In this document: one piece after another, positions 12,141-23,196 of the stretch | How the letters are laid out: the number at the start of each line of letters is the position of its first letter | Position numbering within the stretch: position 1 is the stretch's first letter | From: Candidatus Cloacimonadota bacterium | GTDB taxonomy: Bacteria; Cloacimonadota; Cloacimonadia; G963667145 | Length of the DNA stretch: 32,000 bases | Assembly: GCA_963676515.1 (NCBI GenBank) | Contig: OY781061.1 | Span: 1 to 32,000 of the forward strand | Direction of reading: 5' to 3' | Translations under genes and position numbers: made by a program | The notes under the pieces: generated by a model | Told to the model about the DNA's origin: nothing | Database searches by the model: none | The model's input: only the letters and a program-made list of their open reading frames with translations

Positions 12141-12992
12141 ATGGATGTTTTGATCAAAGGAACTGGTGAAGGACTGAACTTTTTGGCAGTGGACTCTACT
12201 GAGGTGGTGAGGACTGCACAAAAAAAGCATAACCTCTCTATTACTGCCAGTGTGGCTTTGGGTAGGCTACTCACAGCAGGTTTGCTTTTGGGCTCGCAGA
12301 TGAAAAACGCTCGCAACAAGCTGACTCTGCGGGTTAATGGTGATGGATTGCTAGGCAATATTACCGTAGTGGCAACGCAAGACGGCAAAGTGAAAGGCAC
12401 GATTTCCAACGCTCAGCAAGAGGTGATGAAAGCCACAGGCAAAGGGTTTGACATTCCTAAGGCTATTGGCAAGGGGCTACTAACTCTGGTGCGAGACGAA
12501 GGGCTGAAAGCTCCTTATCAAGGGCAAGTGGAGTTGCAGACCTCGGAGATAGCTCAGGATATTGCACATCTTTTGCAGCAGTCGGAGCAAATAGCATCGG
12601 TGGTGGTGTTGGGTGTGCTGATAAACGAAAAAGCGGAGATATTGCAAGCGGGTGGGTTTATCGTACAGCTAGTACCTGGTGCTACTGAGTTTGTGATAGC
12701 ACAGTTAGAAGAAAAAATGCGAAAATTCCCCAATCTTACAGATTTGATGGATATGGGCTACTCTATCGGCGAAATAGTGGAGAAATTTGTGGTGGACGCT
12801 CCCCAGATTTTGGCAGAAAACCCCGTCGCTTACGAGTGCGACTGCAATCAAGAAAGATTTAAAAGTGGGATAAAACTTTTGCAAAAAAAAGAGATTGAAG
12901 AAATATTGGAAGAAAAAGGTAAAATAAAAGCGACCTGTAGTTTTTGTGGTAAAGTCTATGAGTTTGGCAAAGAAGATTTGGGAATGCTGTAG
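12141..12992 (+). CDS. hslO: Redox-regulated chaperone Hsp33
   Basis: C-terminal zinc centre CDC...(27 aa)...CSFCG. The length and N-terminal core are typical of Hsp33. Confidence 0.9.
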   Translation: MDVLIKGTGEGLNFLAVDSTEVVRTAQKKHNLSITASVALGRLLTAGLLLGSQMKNARNKLTLRVNGDGLLGNITVVATQDGKVKGTISNAQQEVMKATGKGFDIPKAIGKGLLTLVRDEGLKAPYQGQVELQTSEIAQDIAHLLQQSEQIASVVVLGVLINEKAEILQAGGFIVQLVPGATEFVIAQLEEKMRKFPNLTDLMDMGYSIGEIVEKFVVDAPQILAENPVAYECDCNQERFKSGIKLLQKKEIEEILEEKGKIKATCSFCGKVYEFGKEDLGML

Positions 12993-13060
12993 AAAAAAAC
13001 CTTGACTTTAATTTCAAAAATATCTTTGGATGTAATAAATTGAATTTATAGGAGATAAAG

Positions 13061-14077
13061 ATGAGTAAGAGCATCGACTGGAATAACCTTGGATTTGAGT
13101 ATAGGAAAGCTAACGAAATGTTTGTGTGTCGCTGGAAAGATGGCAAATGGGGCGAAGGGAAAATGATGGCAGAGGATAGCTTGAGCGTGCATGTGTCGGC
13201 TACTGCTTTGCATTATGGACAAACCTGCTTCGAGGGACTGAAAGCTTATCGCACAAAAGAAGACGAGGTTGTGCTTTTTCGTCCTGAAGAAAATGCAAAG
13301 CGGATGATAAAAAGTTGTCAGCGAACTATGATGCAAGAGTTTCCTATAGAGCGGTTTGTGCAAGCGTGCAAAGCCGTGGTAAAAGCAAACGCTGAGTTTG
13401 TGCCGCCTTATGGTAGTGGAGCTACTTTATACATTCGTCCTTTTATGTTCGGTGATGGAGCCAACATCGGCGTCAAGCCTGCACCAGAGTTCGTCTTTTG
13501 CGTATTTTGTATGCCTGTAGGTGCTTATTTCAAAGGTGGGCTCACTCCAGTTAATTTCGACATCTCCGACTACGACCGAGCTGCTCCGATGGGGACTGGA
13601 GCGGTGAAAGTTGGCGGGAACTATGTAGCGAGTATGTTGCCTCATCAAAAAAGCGTAGCAGCAGGTTTTGCAGATTGCATCTATCTAGATCCCGCTACGC
13701 ACACCAAGATAGAGGAGGTGGGAGCTGCCAATTTCTTTGGTATCACTCACGACAATAAGTTTGTTACGCCCAAGTCGCCATCTATATTGCCTAGTATTAC
13801 CAAAAACTCTTTGATTTACCTTGCCAAAAATCATCTCGGGATGGAAGTAGAAGAAAGAGATGTGTTGATAGACAATCTGTCCGAGTTCAAAGAAGCGGGA
13901 GCTTGTGGTACGGCTGCAGTTATTACACCTATAGCGGGGATTAGTTACAAAAATAAGCTACACACTTTTTATTCTCAAGACGAGGTTGGACCAGTTACTA
14001 CTAAGCTTTATAATGCCCTCACGGGGATACAGTTTGGAGAGATTCCAGCTCCAGATGGTTGGATTGTTAAAGTTTAA
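13061..14077 (+). CDS. ilvE: Branched-chain amino acid aminotransferase (fold type IV, long form)
   Basis: Motifs LHYGQ..FEG.KAYR, LYIRPF, G..K.GGNY, E..AANFF, and AGACGTAAV...I in a 338-aa protein. Confidence 0.9.
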   Translation: MSKSIDWNNLGFEYRKANEMFVCRWKDGKWGEGKMMAEDSLSVHVSATALHYGQTCFEGLKAYRTKEDEVVLFRPEENAKRMIKSCQRTMMQEFPIERFVQACKAVVKANAEFVPPYGSGATLYIRPFMFGDGANIGVKPAPEFVFCVFCMPVGAYFKGGLTPVNFDISDYDRAAPMGTGAVKVGGNYVASMLPHQKSVAAGFADCIYLDPATHTKIEEVGAANFFGITHDNKFVTPKSPSILPSITKNSLIYLAKNHLGMEVEERDVLIDNLSEFKEAGACGTAAVITPIAGISYKNKLHTFYSQDEVGPVTTKLYNALTGIQFGEIPAPDGWIVKV

Positions 14078-14127
14078 AAGAATTTAACGCATAATCAGAT
14101 ATTAATTATAAAAAAAGTGGAGGCAAG

Positions 14128-14646
14128 ATGAAAAATATTTTAATGTTAGTGGCATCGTTAACCTTTTTGTGGGGATGTGCCGCAAAAAAACCGGTGGTTA
14201 TTCAAGAAACCGCAAAAGAGGAAGTGGTAGTGGAGGTAGCTCAAAATGTTGAAGAGCAGACGGTGATGCTGGAAGATATAGCCCCTATGCTTGCTCAAGA
14301 GGAAAAAGTTGTCGAAGAGGTGGTAATAAGGGATGCAGAGTTCTACACTGTAAATCCTGGTGATAACCTTTATAAACTTTGCGTGCAAAAAAATATGTAT
14401 ATCTGGCAGTTGGCTGAACTCAATGGCATCAAAGATCCGAGCGTAATTTCTATCGGTCAAGAGTTGAAATTGCCTGTAGAAAAAAAGAAAGTTGTTAGCC
14501 AAGGTGATTTTTACAAAGTTGATATCGGTGACAATCTTTCGGGGATAGCCAATGAAGTGGATAAAAGTCAAGATGAGCTGTTAAACTTAAATGACTTACC
14601 TAATAAAAATCTAATTAGAGCTGGTTCGCTATTACGAGTAAATTAA
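14128..14646 (+). CDS. Lipoprotein with two LysM domains
   Basis: Signal peptide plus lipobox (LTFLWGC), an acidic E/V-rich linker, and two LysM repeats (YTVNPGDNLYKL...ISIGQELKLP and YKVDIGDNLSGIA...IRAGSLLRV). Confidence 0.8.
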   Translation: MKNILMLVASLTFLWGCAAKKPVVIQETAKEEVVVEVAQNVEEQTVMLEDIAPMLAQEEKVVEEVVIRDAEFYTVNPGDNLYKLCVQKNMYIWQLAELNGIKDPSVISIGQELKLPVEKKKVVSQGDFYKVDIGDNLSGIANEVDKSQDELLNLNDLPNKNLIRAGSLLRVN

Positions 14647-14663
14647 CAATTTTAATAAATTTG

Positions 14664-14690
14664 AAAAAGCCGCAAAACGCGGCTTTTTTT
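14664..14690 (+). terminator. Rho-independent terminator after the LysM gene
   Basis: AGCCGC-aaaac-GCGGCT stem followed by T7. The A-run upstream could make it bidirectional. Confidence 0.8.
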
Positions 14691-14728
14691 CTTGAGCTTA
14701 TCTTAACTAAAAAGTGCGTAAAAAAAGT

Positions 14729-14758
14729 TTGACACAAAACCGAAAGAAAAAATATTGT
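14729..14758 (+). promoter_or_regulatory. Candidate promoter of the tRNA-Glu/tRNA-Lys unit (TTGACA-N18-TATTGT)
   Basis: TTGACA at 14729-14734 and TATTGT at 14753-14758, about 20 nt upstream of the tRNA 5' end. Confidence 0.4.
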
Positions 14759-14778
14759 GCTTAAAATCAAAAGATTTT

Positions 14779-14853
14779 GTCCCGTTCGTCTAGTGGCTAG
14801 GACTCCAGATTCTCATTCTGGCAACAGGAGTTCAATTCTCCTACGGGATACCA
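14779..14853 (+). tRNA. tRNA-Glu (anticodon CUC), CCA encoded
   Basis: I folded the cloverleaf by hand. Acceptor GTCCCGT/ACGGGAT (G1-U72), anticodon arm CCAGA-TTCTCAT-TCTGG, T-arm GGAGTTCAATTCTCC. Strongly similar to the canonical tRNA-Glu layout. Confidence 0.9.
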
Positions 14854-14863
14854 TTTATATCGT

Positions 14864-14939
14864 GCTTCTGTAGCTCAGTTGGTAGAGCAACTGACTCTTA
14901 ATCAGTGGGTCTAGGGTTCGAATCCCTACGGGAGCACCA
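14864..14939 (+). tRNA. tRNA-Lys (anticodon CUU), CCA encoded
   Basis: Acceptor GCTTCTG/CGGGAGC (two G-U pairs), D-arm GCTCAGTTGGTAGAGC, anticodon arm ACTGA-CTCTTAA-TCAGT, T-arm TAGGGTTCGAATCCCTA. Confidence 0.9.
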
Positions 14940-14957
14940 TTTTTTTTCTAAAAGAGG

Positions 14958-15001
14958 ATCTATACTTTCCCTGTTAAAGGAGCGAAGATAGATTTTTTTT
15001 T
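14958..15001 (+). terminator. Probable terminator of the tRNA unit
   Basis: ATCTAT(a)CTT... pairs with ...AAGATAGAT in an imperfect stem, followed by a run of 9 T. Confidence 0.6.
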
Positions 15002-15051
15002 ATTGTCTAAAAAAGAAAAAAATATTTGACATCATCATCCGAATAAAAAAA

Positions 15052-15078
15052 CTAGCACTATAATAATTAGATTGCTAA
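15052..15078 (+). promoter_or_regulatory. CIRCE-like inverted repeat (putative HrcA operator) upstream of groEL
   Basis: CTAGCACTA-N9-GATTGCTAA compared with the consensus TTAGCACTC-N9-GAGTGCTAA (7/9 and 8/9 matches, correct 9-nt spacer). It overlaps a TATAAT at 15059-15064. A TTGACA at 15026-15031 is 27 nt upstream of that TATAAT, so the core promoter assignment is unclear. Confidence 0.5.
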
Positions 15079-15091
15079 AAACAAATTTTAG

Positions 15092-16750
<1,659 letters not shown>

Positions 16751-16770
16751 TATTTACAAGATTAGTTGTA

Positions 16771-16805
16771 ACGCTGGAAACTTTTAGTTTCCAGCGTTTT
16801 TTTTT
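16771..16805 (+). terminator. Rho-independent terminator after groEL
   Basis: 12-bp perfect stem ACGCTGGAAACT/AGTTTCCAGCGT followed by T9. Confidence 0.88.
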
Positions 16806-16887
16806 GCGGAAACAAAAAAGAAAAAAAGACTTGTTCTTGGTCTGATAAATTAAATCTTAGTTTTCAAAATGTAAGCGGAGTATTAAA

Positions 16888-17793
16888 GTGAAAATTGTTG
16901 TTTTGTATCAAGGTAGATCGTCGGAGCGAGAGGTTTCTTGCAAGAGTGGCAAAGCTATTGCAAAAGCGTTAGAAAATCTTCAGCATGCTGTCCTTCTTTT
17001 AGATCCAGCGGAGTTTTCTTATTTTGAGTTGCTCAAAAAAATCAAAGAGTTTGAAGCAGAGTTGGTTTTTTTGGGATTACACGGAGGTGAGGGCGAGGAT
17101 GGGAAACTTCAGGCACTTTTAGAACTGGAGAAAATAGCTTTCACGGGCTCAAATTTTAAAGCAAGTGCGTTTGCTATGGACAAATACTCTTGCGAGAAAT
17201 TGCTTAGTGCGTACGGCATTCCCATCGCAAAAGGGAAGTTGCTTCTTTCTACTTCCAGTAGCTCTGAGGTAGATTTTTTTCCTGTGGTGGTCAAGCCCAA
17301 CGATGCTGGCTCGTCTGTGGGTATCTCGATGGTAAAGAATTCAGAAAACCTTTTGCCTGCTTTGCAAGAAGCTTTTGCTTGTAGCTCAGCTGTAATTTGT
17401 CAAGAATTTATACCTGGCAGAGAGCTTACCGTGCCTATTTTGGGGGATGCACCTCTACCAGTAATTGAAATTAAGCCCAAAAATGGATTTTTTAATTATG
17501 AGAATAAATACACGAAAGGGAATACAGAGTACATAGTCCCAGCAAAATTGAGCGAAGAGCAGGCGGAAGAGGTGCAACGGCTAGCTATTTTGGCACACCA
17601 AGCCGTAGGAGCCGATGTTTATTCTAGAGTTGATTTTCGTTATGATGGCAAAAAATTTTATTTCTTGGAAATCAACACCTTGCCGGGAATGACAGCAACA
17701 TCTCTTGTGCCGATGTCTGCCGAAGCTGCAGGGATGAGTTTTGAACAGTTGGTAGAGAAGATAGCAAAGCTTAGTTTACAAAAGCAAAAATAA
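16888..17793 (+). CDS. ddl: D-alanine--D-alanine ligase
   Basis: GTG start. Motifs KIVVLYQGRSSEREVS, HG..GEDG..Q, DK......L...GIP, VVKPN..GSSVG, and EINT.PGMT. Confidence 0.9.
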   Translation: MKIVVLYQGRSSEREVSCKSGKAIAKALENLQHAVLLLDPAEFSYFELLKKIKEFEAELVFLGLHGGEGEDGKLQALLELEKIAFTGSNFKASAFAMDKYSCEKLLSAYGIPIAKGKLLLSTSSSSEVDFFPVVVKPNDAGSSVGISMVKNSENLLPALQEAFACSSAVICQEFIPGRELTVPILGDAPLPVIEIKPKNGFFNYENKYTKGNTEYIVPAKLSEEQAEEVQRLAILAHQAVGADVYSRVDFRYDGKKFYFLEINTLPGMTATSLVPMSAEAAGMSFEQLVEKIAKLSLQKQK

Positions 17794-17804
17794 ACGAGGA
17801 TAAA

Positions 17805-18482
17805 ATGATAGGGACTCTGGTCAACACTGCAACAGTAATAGTGGGAAGTATCTTAGGAATTCTGCTGAAGTCGAAACTTCCCAAAAAAACTACAGATATA
17901 GTTTTCCAAGTGATGGGCATTTTTACTATTTACTTGGGATTGAGGATGGCTCTGGACGGTGTGAATATTTTATTGATGATTCTTTCTCTTGTTATTGGGG
18001 CAGTAATAGGGCAGGTTATAGGGATACAAGCACTTTTGGAGAGAGTTGCTGCTTATTTGCAAACAAAAGTGGGAGGAGAAGGAAGCCATTTTGTACAAGG
18101 GTTTATCACCGCGACTTTGCTTTTTTGTACAGGCTCTATGGTGATTTTGGGAGCAATAGAGGAAGGCAGTGGCAGGACTCCCACGCTTTACTTCACCAAA
18201 GCTATCATGGACGGCACTACATCCATCGTGCTAGCGGCATCTTTTGGTAGAGGCGTGTTGTTTTCATCTTTCGTGATATTTTTCATACAGGGGTTACTCA
18301 CAGGTGCTGTTTTTTATTTTGGTGATTTTTTGCCCGAAATTGTGATAACTCAAGTAGGAGCTGTGGGTGGAGTTATTCTTCTCGGTTTGGGCTTGACTAT
18401 CTTAGAAATCAAGAAACTAGCTATCGCTAATATGTTGCCAGCTTTGGTGGTAGCAGGTGTTTTGAGTTACTATTTTCTTTAA
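17805..18482 (+). CDS. DUF554-family integral membrane protein
   Basis: 225 aa and polytopic. The N-terminus MIGTLVNTATVIVGSILGILLK and the MDG..S motif are typical of DUF554 (YdfK/YqgA-like). Confidence 0.72.
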   Translation: MIGTLVNTATVIVGSILGILLKSKLPKKTTDIVFQVMGIFTIYLGLRMALDGVNILLMILSLVIGAVIGQVIGIQALLERVAAYLQTKVGGEGSHFVQGFITATLLFCTGSMVILGAIEEGSGRTPTLYFTKAIMDGTTSIVLAASFGRGVLFSSFVIFFIQGLLTGAVFYFGDFLPEIVITQVGAVGGVILLGLGLTILEIKKLAIANMLPALVVAGVLSYYFL

Positions 18483-18660
18483 GGAAAAATTTGGAATTCT
18501 AAACTTATGCCTGTTGGGTCAATTTTGCTTCTTTTGTTACAGGTTTCTCCTATCAAGCTATATAAAATACAAAAAGAGAATTTTAAGTAAAAATAAGAGG
18601 GAAATCGTTTGACAATATTTTTGAAGCTAAAATTTTATGAAAAAAAATATAGGAGTTGTG

Positions 18661-18876
18661 ATGTTCGTTGACGGTCTAAATATTATGGTTTTGGGAATGG
18701 GGATTGTTTTTGTTTTTTTGATAGTGATTTATTTATCTATGACACTTAGTTCTACTTTGATTCAAAAATTTCATCTAAAATACAATCCAGAACCTTTACA
18801 TGTAATAAAGGTGAATACTGGCGAAAAGGATTTGGTAGCTGTTATTAGTGCTGCCGTAGCTTATAGTAAAAATTAA
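18661..18876 (+). CDS. oadG: Oxaloacetate-decarboxylase gamma-subunit-like small membrane protein
   Basis: MFVDGLNIMVLGMGIVFVFLIVIYL is the typical OAD_gamma N-terminal helix. I prefer ATG 18661 (RBS AGGAG at 18651-18655) to the track's ATG 18637, which has no RBS. The reading frame is the same either way. Confidence 0.65.
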   Translation: MFVDGLNIMVLGMGIVFVFLIVIYLSMTLSSTLIQKFHLKYNPEPLHVIKVNTGEKDLVAVISAAVAYSKN

Positions 18877-18896
18877 AAGGAAGAGGTAATAGTTTA

Positions 18897-20711
18897 ATGT
18901 CATTGAAAAAAATTAAATTTATGGATACATCTTTTAGAGATGGATTTCAATCTGTATATGGTGCGAGAGTTAAAACAGAAGATTTTTTGCCAGCTATCAA
19001 AGCTTCGGTAGATGCAGGCATAGAGCATTTTGAGTTTGGTGGTGGAGCGAGATTTCAAAGTCTGTTTTTCTATTGCAACGAGAGTGCTTTTGATATGATG
19101 GATAAGGTGCGAAAGACTGTAGGTCCAGATATTAAATTGCAAACTTTGGCAAGAGGCATAAATGTGGTAGGACTTTCTCAGCAACCCAAAGATGTCATCA
19201 AGATGCATGCGAAGCTTTTCAAAAAGCATGGAACTACGCATATTAGGAACTTTGATGCCCTGAACGATACAGAAAATCTCAACTACTCTGGAAACTGCAT
19301 CTCTAAAGAAGGTTTGCACCATCAAATATCTATCACGATGATGGGCTTGGCTCCAGGTCTTATCGACTCAGGAGTACATACAGCAGAATTTTATATGGAA
19401 AAACTGGACGAAATTTTAGAGGAAAAAATCCCTTTCGATTCATTAGTGTTTAAAGATGCTTCTGGAACTTGCCCTCCTAAAATCGTCTTCGACACTGTAC
19501 AAAAAGCTCGCAAAAAGCTGGGTAATAAAGCGACTTTGTGGTTTCACACCCACGCCACGGCTGGTATCGGCACGAACTGCATAATGGCAGCGATAGAGGC
19601 AGGCATAGACGGTATAGATTTGGCTCAATCTCCTGTTTCTGGTGGTACTGGTCAGCCCGACATCTTGTCTATTTGGCATATCCTCAAAGGCACAGATTAC
19701 ACTTTGGATGTTGATTACAAAAAACTTCTCCAGTCTCGTAAAGTTTTTGAAGATTGTATGGAAAAATACATGATGCCTTTGGAAGCTAAACAGACTGCGG
19801 CAAACATAGTCTTGTCACCAATGCCCGGTGGAGCACTCACAGCCAATACGATGATGATGCGTGACACCAAGACTTTGCACCTTTTCCCGAAAGTGATCGA
19901 TGAGATGGCAGAGGTAGTAGCAAAAGGTGGCTTTGGCACTAGCGTTACTCCTGTTAGCCAATTCTACTTCCAACAATCTTTCGTGAATGTTACTCAAGGT
20001 AGATGGAAGAAAATCACAGATGGTTATGGCAATATGGTGCTTGGCTACTTTGGTAAGACCCCTAGACCAGCTGATCCAGAGATTGTCGCTTTGGCAGAGA
20101 AACAACTCAAGAAACCGCCTTTTAAAGGGAACTCTCCTTTGGACATATTGAGTGATGGCGTACCAGAAGCAAAGAAGATGTTAAAAGACAATAGTCTCAA
20201 AGAGACAGAAGAGAACATTTTTATCGCTGCTACTTGCAAAGAAAAAGGAATTTCTTTCTTGAAGGGTGAAGCAAAAGAGGCGATTTATTACAAAAGCGAA
20301 ATAACAAAAAGCGAGAATAAAATCGCACCAGCAAAGGGAGCAAAGATGTCTGAGAACATGATAGTTACCGTAAACGGGAAAGAGTATAATGTAAATGTAA
20401 GACCAGATGGAACTGTAGCTGATGTAAAACCTGCTCCTCCAAAACCAGCGGTAAAAGTTTCTGCTAAACCAACTCCTGCTGCATCTACTGGTGGATCTGG
20501 AAGTAAAGTTTCTTCGCCTATAGCTGGACAAATCACCTCTATTAATGCTTCTGTGGGTGATGAAGTTTCCGAAGACACCGTCGTATTGGTGCTAGAAGCG
20601 ATGAAAATGGAGAACGACATTTTTGCCGAAACAGCTGGTACGATCAAAGAAATTTTGGTTAAACAAGGAGACACCGTAGCCGAAGGCGATCCTCTTTTTG
20701 TTATCGCATAA
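18897..20711 (+). CDS. oadA: Oxaloacetate decarboxylase alpha subunit / 5S-type carboxyltransferase with C-terminal biotinyl domain
   Basis: The N-terminal F.DTSFRDGFQS TIM-barrel carboxyltransferase, a Pro/Ala-rich linker, and the biotin attachment motif EAMKMEN. Confidence 0.88.
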   Translation: MSLKKIKFMDTSFRDGFQSVYGARVKTEDFLPAIKASVDAGIEHFEFGGGARFQSLFFYCNESAFDMMDKVRKTVGPDIKLQTLARGINVVGLSQQPKDVIKMHAKLFKKHGTTHIRNFDALNDTENLNYSGNCISKEGLHHQISITMMGLAPGLIDSGVHTAEFYMEKLDEILEEKIPFDSLVFKDASGTCPPKIVFDTVQKARKKLGNKATLWFHTHATAGIGTNCIMAAIEAGIDGIDLAQSPVSGGTGQPDILSIWHILKGTDYTLDVDYKKLLQSRKVFEDCMEKYMMPLEAKQTAANIVLSPMPGGALTANTMMMRDTKTLHLFPKVIDEMAEVVAKGGFGTSVTPVSQFYFQQSFVNVTQGRWKKITDGYGNMVLGYFGKTPRPADPEIVALAEKQLKKPPFKGNSPLDILSDGVPEAKKMLKDNSLKETEENIFIAATCKEKGISFLKGEAKEAIYYKSEITKSENKIAPAKGAKMSENMIVTVNGKEYNVNVRPDGTVADVKPAPPKPAVKVSAKPTPAASTGGSGSKVSSPIAGQITSINASVGDEVSEDTVVLVLEAMKMENDIFAETAGTIKEILVKQGDTVAEGDPLFVIA

Positions 20712-20735
20712 TCTGGCTTTGATAAGGTTTTATTT

Positions 20736-21968
20736 ATGAATTATAAAAAAATTACAGTCGCTTTATTTTTGACCTTGGTTTGCTCTTCATTACTAGTAGC
20801 TCAAGAGGTTTCGATAGGCAAAGGCTTCGTGGAACTTTACGAAGGATCAGGGCTAAGAGGCTTTATGAATGTGGGCGGATGGAAAAATCTTGTGATGATT
20901 GGCATCGGCTTTTTGTTGCTTTATTTGGGAATTGAAAAAGAGTTCGAGCCTCTTATTTTGGTGCCTATGGCTTTTGGAGCTATCTTGTCCAACATTCCTT
21001 TCGCAGGCTTTATGGAAGCTCAGGGTATCTTGCGATATATTTATGACATCGGCGTCAAAACTGGTGTTTTCCCACTTTTGATATTTATGGGAATAGGTGC
21101 TATGACAGATTTTGGTCCGCTGATAGCCAATCCCAAGACTTTGCTTCTGGGAGCTGCTGCTCAGTTCGGAATTTTCTTTGCCTTGCTAGGAGCTTTGCTT
21201 TTACCTGCTATCCCTGCTATTGGATTTAATGGCTTCGATTTGGCTTCTGCTGGCTCTATCGGGATTATTGGAGGAGCGGATGGTCCTACTTCTATCTTCG
21301 TAGCCTCCAGACTCAAGCCCGATTTACTAGGTCCGATAGCGGTAGCCGCATACTCCTATATGGCTTTAGTTCCTATTATTCAACCGCCTATCATGAGATT
21401 TTTCACCTCTAAAGAGGAAAGAATGATTAAGATGGAGACTTTACGCCCAGTTAAAAAGCTAGAAAAAGTACTCTTTCCCTTGATTTTGCTGGCTCTCTGT
21501 GGCTTATTTTTACCATCGGCGACACCTCTTATCGGAATGATAGCTTTTGGTAATCTGCTCAAAGAGTGCGGAGTAGTCGATCGCCTAAGCAAAGCTGCCC
21601 AAAACGAACTAATGAACATTGTAACTATCTTTTTAGGTCTTGGAGTAGGTAGCAAATTAGCTGCCGAAAATTTCCTCAATTTCAACACTATCGGAATCTT
21701 AATCTTAGGTCTTTTAGCTTTTATGGTGGGAACCACTGCAGGCATTTTGTTTGGCAAGATTATGTGTAAACTCACTGGAGGCAAGGTCAACCCGCTCATC
21801 GGTGCTGCCGGTGTGTCTGCTGTACCGATGGCTGCTAGAGTGGTAAACAAGGTTGGGCAAATGGAGAATCGCTCCAACTTCTTGTTAATGCACGCTATGG
21901 GTCCGAATGTTGCTGGAGTTATAGGCTCTGCTGTAGCTGCCGGTGTTTTACTGGCTTTGATTGGTTAG
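20736..21968 (+). CDS. oadB: Na+-translocating decarboxylase beta subunit
   Basis: 410-aa polytopic protein with OadB/GcdB/MmdB family motifs ([17 protein letters not shown]). Confidence 0.9.
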   Translation: MNYKKITVALFLTLVCSSLLVAQEVSIGKGFVELYEGSGLRGFMNVGGWKNLVMIGIGFLLLYLGIEKEFEPLILVPMAFGAILSNIPFAGFMEAQGILRYIYDIGVKTGVFPLLIFMGIGAMTDFGPLIANPKTLLLGAAAQFGIFFALLGALLLPAIPAIGFNGFDLASAGSIGIIGGADGPTSIFVASRLKPDLLGPIAVAAYSYMALVPIIQPPIMRFFTSKEERMIKMETLRPVKKLEKVLFPLILLALCGLFLPSATPLIGMIAFGNLLKECGVVDRLSKAAQNELMNIVTIFLGLGVGSKLAAENFLNFNTIGILILGLLAFMVGTTAGILFGKIMCKLTGGKVNPLIGAAGVSAVPMAARVVNKVGQMENRSNFLLMHAMGPNVAGVIGSAVAAGVLLALIG

Positions 21969-21988
21969 CAATTAAATCTTTAAATTTG

Positions 21989-22018
21989 ACCGACAAGTTA
22001 ATAGCTTGTCGGTTTTTT
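21989..22018 (+). terminator. Rho-independent terminator after oadB
   Basis: ACCGACAAG-ttaatag-CTTGTCGGT stem followed by T6. Confidence 0.82.
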
Positions 22019-22102
22019 ATTTTATTTCGCCTTTTATGTTTGACATCAACCAACCTTTTTTAACCTTGTCGGATAGATTTTAAATTGGAATGAGGTAAAT
22101 AA

Positions 22103-23011
22103 ATGAAAACGATTACAAGTTTGAGCATGGCTATGGAAGAAGCTGCCAAATGCACTACAAAAAAAAGATTAGTAGTAGCCTTTGGACAAGATTCACACTC
22201 AATAGAAGCGACGAGCAAAGCTATTGAAATGGGAATTGTGGAAGTTACTTTAGTAGGAGAGAGAAGCAAAATTTTGCAAGTCTGCAAAAGCGAAGGAATA
22301 AATCCCAACATCTACAATATCGTAGACGAACCAGAAGAGATTGCTGCGGGCAAAAAAGCTGTCGCTCTGATAAGAGAGGGTAAAGGCGATATTATCATGA
22401 AAGGACTAATATCATCCGACAACTATCTTCGTGCAATATTGAATAAAGAAAAAGGGCTTTTGCCTCCTAAATCGGTGTTGACACATATCGGCATTGCCGA
22501 GATTCCAGCTTATCACAAGTTGTTGATGTTTTCGGATGGTGCTGTGATACCTGCACCAACTTTCGAGCAAAAAGTGGCGATAGCCAACTATTTAGCTCAA
22601 TTTGCTAGAGCTTTAGGGATCAAGAAACCCAAGATTGCTCCAATTGCCGCTATCGAGAAGATGCAACACAAGATACCTTCTTGTGTAGAAGCTGCTATGC
22701 TTTCTAAGATGGCAGACCGTGGTCAAATCAAAGATTGCATTATCGATGGACCGATGGCGTTGGATGTGGCTATAGACAAAGAATCTGCAGACATAAAAGG
22801 TGTAAAATCGGAAGTGGCAGGAGACGCAGATTGCCTTTTATTTAACGCAATCGAAGCGGGGAATGTTTTTTACAAGACGGTTTGCAAGTTTGCTAAGGCT
22901 GAATTTGCGGCCGTAGTGATGGGTACGAGTGTTCCTTGTGTGCTAGCTTCCAGAGGTGATAGCACGCAAACTAAGCTCCATTCTATAGCTTTAGCAACTT
23001 TTTTGGGGTAG
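22103..23011 (+). CDS. ptb: Phosphate butyryltransferase / phosphate acyltransferase (PTA_PTB family)
   Basis: 302 aa, the short PTA_PTB form, with the typical IMKG...T....R motif and C-terminal SRGDS. Substrate specificity (acetyl versus butyryl) cannot be decided from the sequence alone. Confidence 0.78.
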   Translation: MKTITSLSMAMEEAAKCTTKKRLVVAFGQDSHSIEATSKAIEMGIVEVTLVGERSKILQVCKSEGINPNIYNIVDEPEEIAAGKKAVALIREGKGDIIMKGLISSDNYLRAILNKEKGLLPPKSVLTHIGIAEIPAYHKLLMFSDGAVIPAPTFEQKVAIANYLAQFARALGIKKPKIAPIAAIEKMQHKIPSCVEAAMLSKMADRGQIKDCIIDGPMALDVAIDKESADIKGVKSEVAGDADCLLFNAIEAGNVFYKTVCKFAKAEFAAVVMGTSVPCVLASRGDSTQTKLHSIALATFLG

Positions 23012-23196
23012 AAATAATCCTAGTAAATTTCACCATATTTATTAAAATTTGCTTAGTTTAACTAAACTCCTTTTAGACAAAGCTTAATAAAAACCAGCGT
23101 TACAATAAAAAAATAGTAAACAACTTTTTTTGTTCTTGACAAAAATCAGAGGGATAAAAAGTTGAATTGAAAGAGATTAGATAAAGGATATAGAGA

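Noticed and set aside
12029-12409. Long antisense ORFs inside known genes (for example 12029-12409, 14158-14571, 15140-15535, 16169-16618, 18900-19325, 21380-21877, 24440-24907, 31116-31532)
   Set aside because: Each lies opposite a confidently identified CDS, lacks an RBS or recognisable motifs, and has composition typical of antisense frames.
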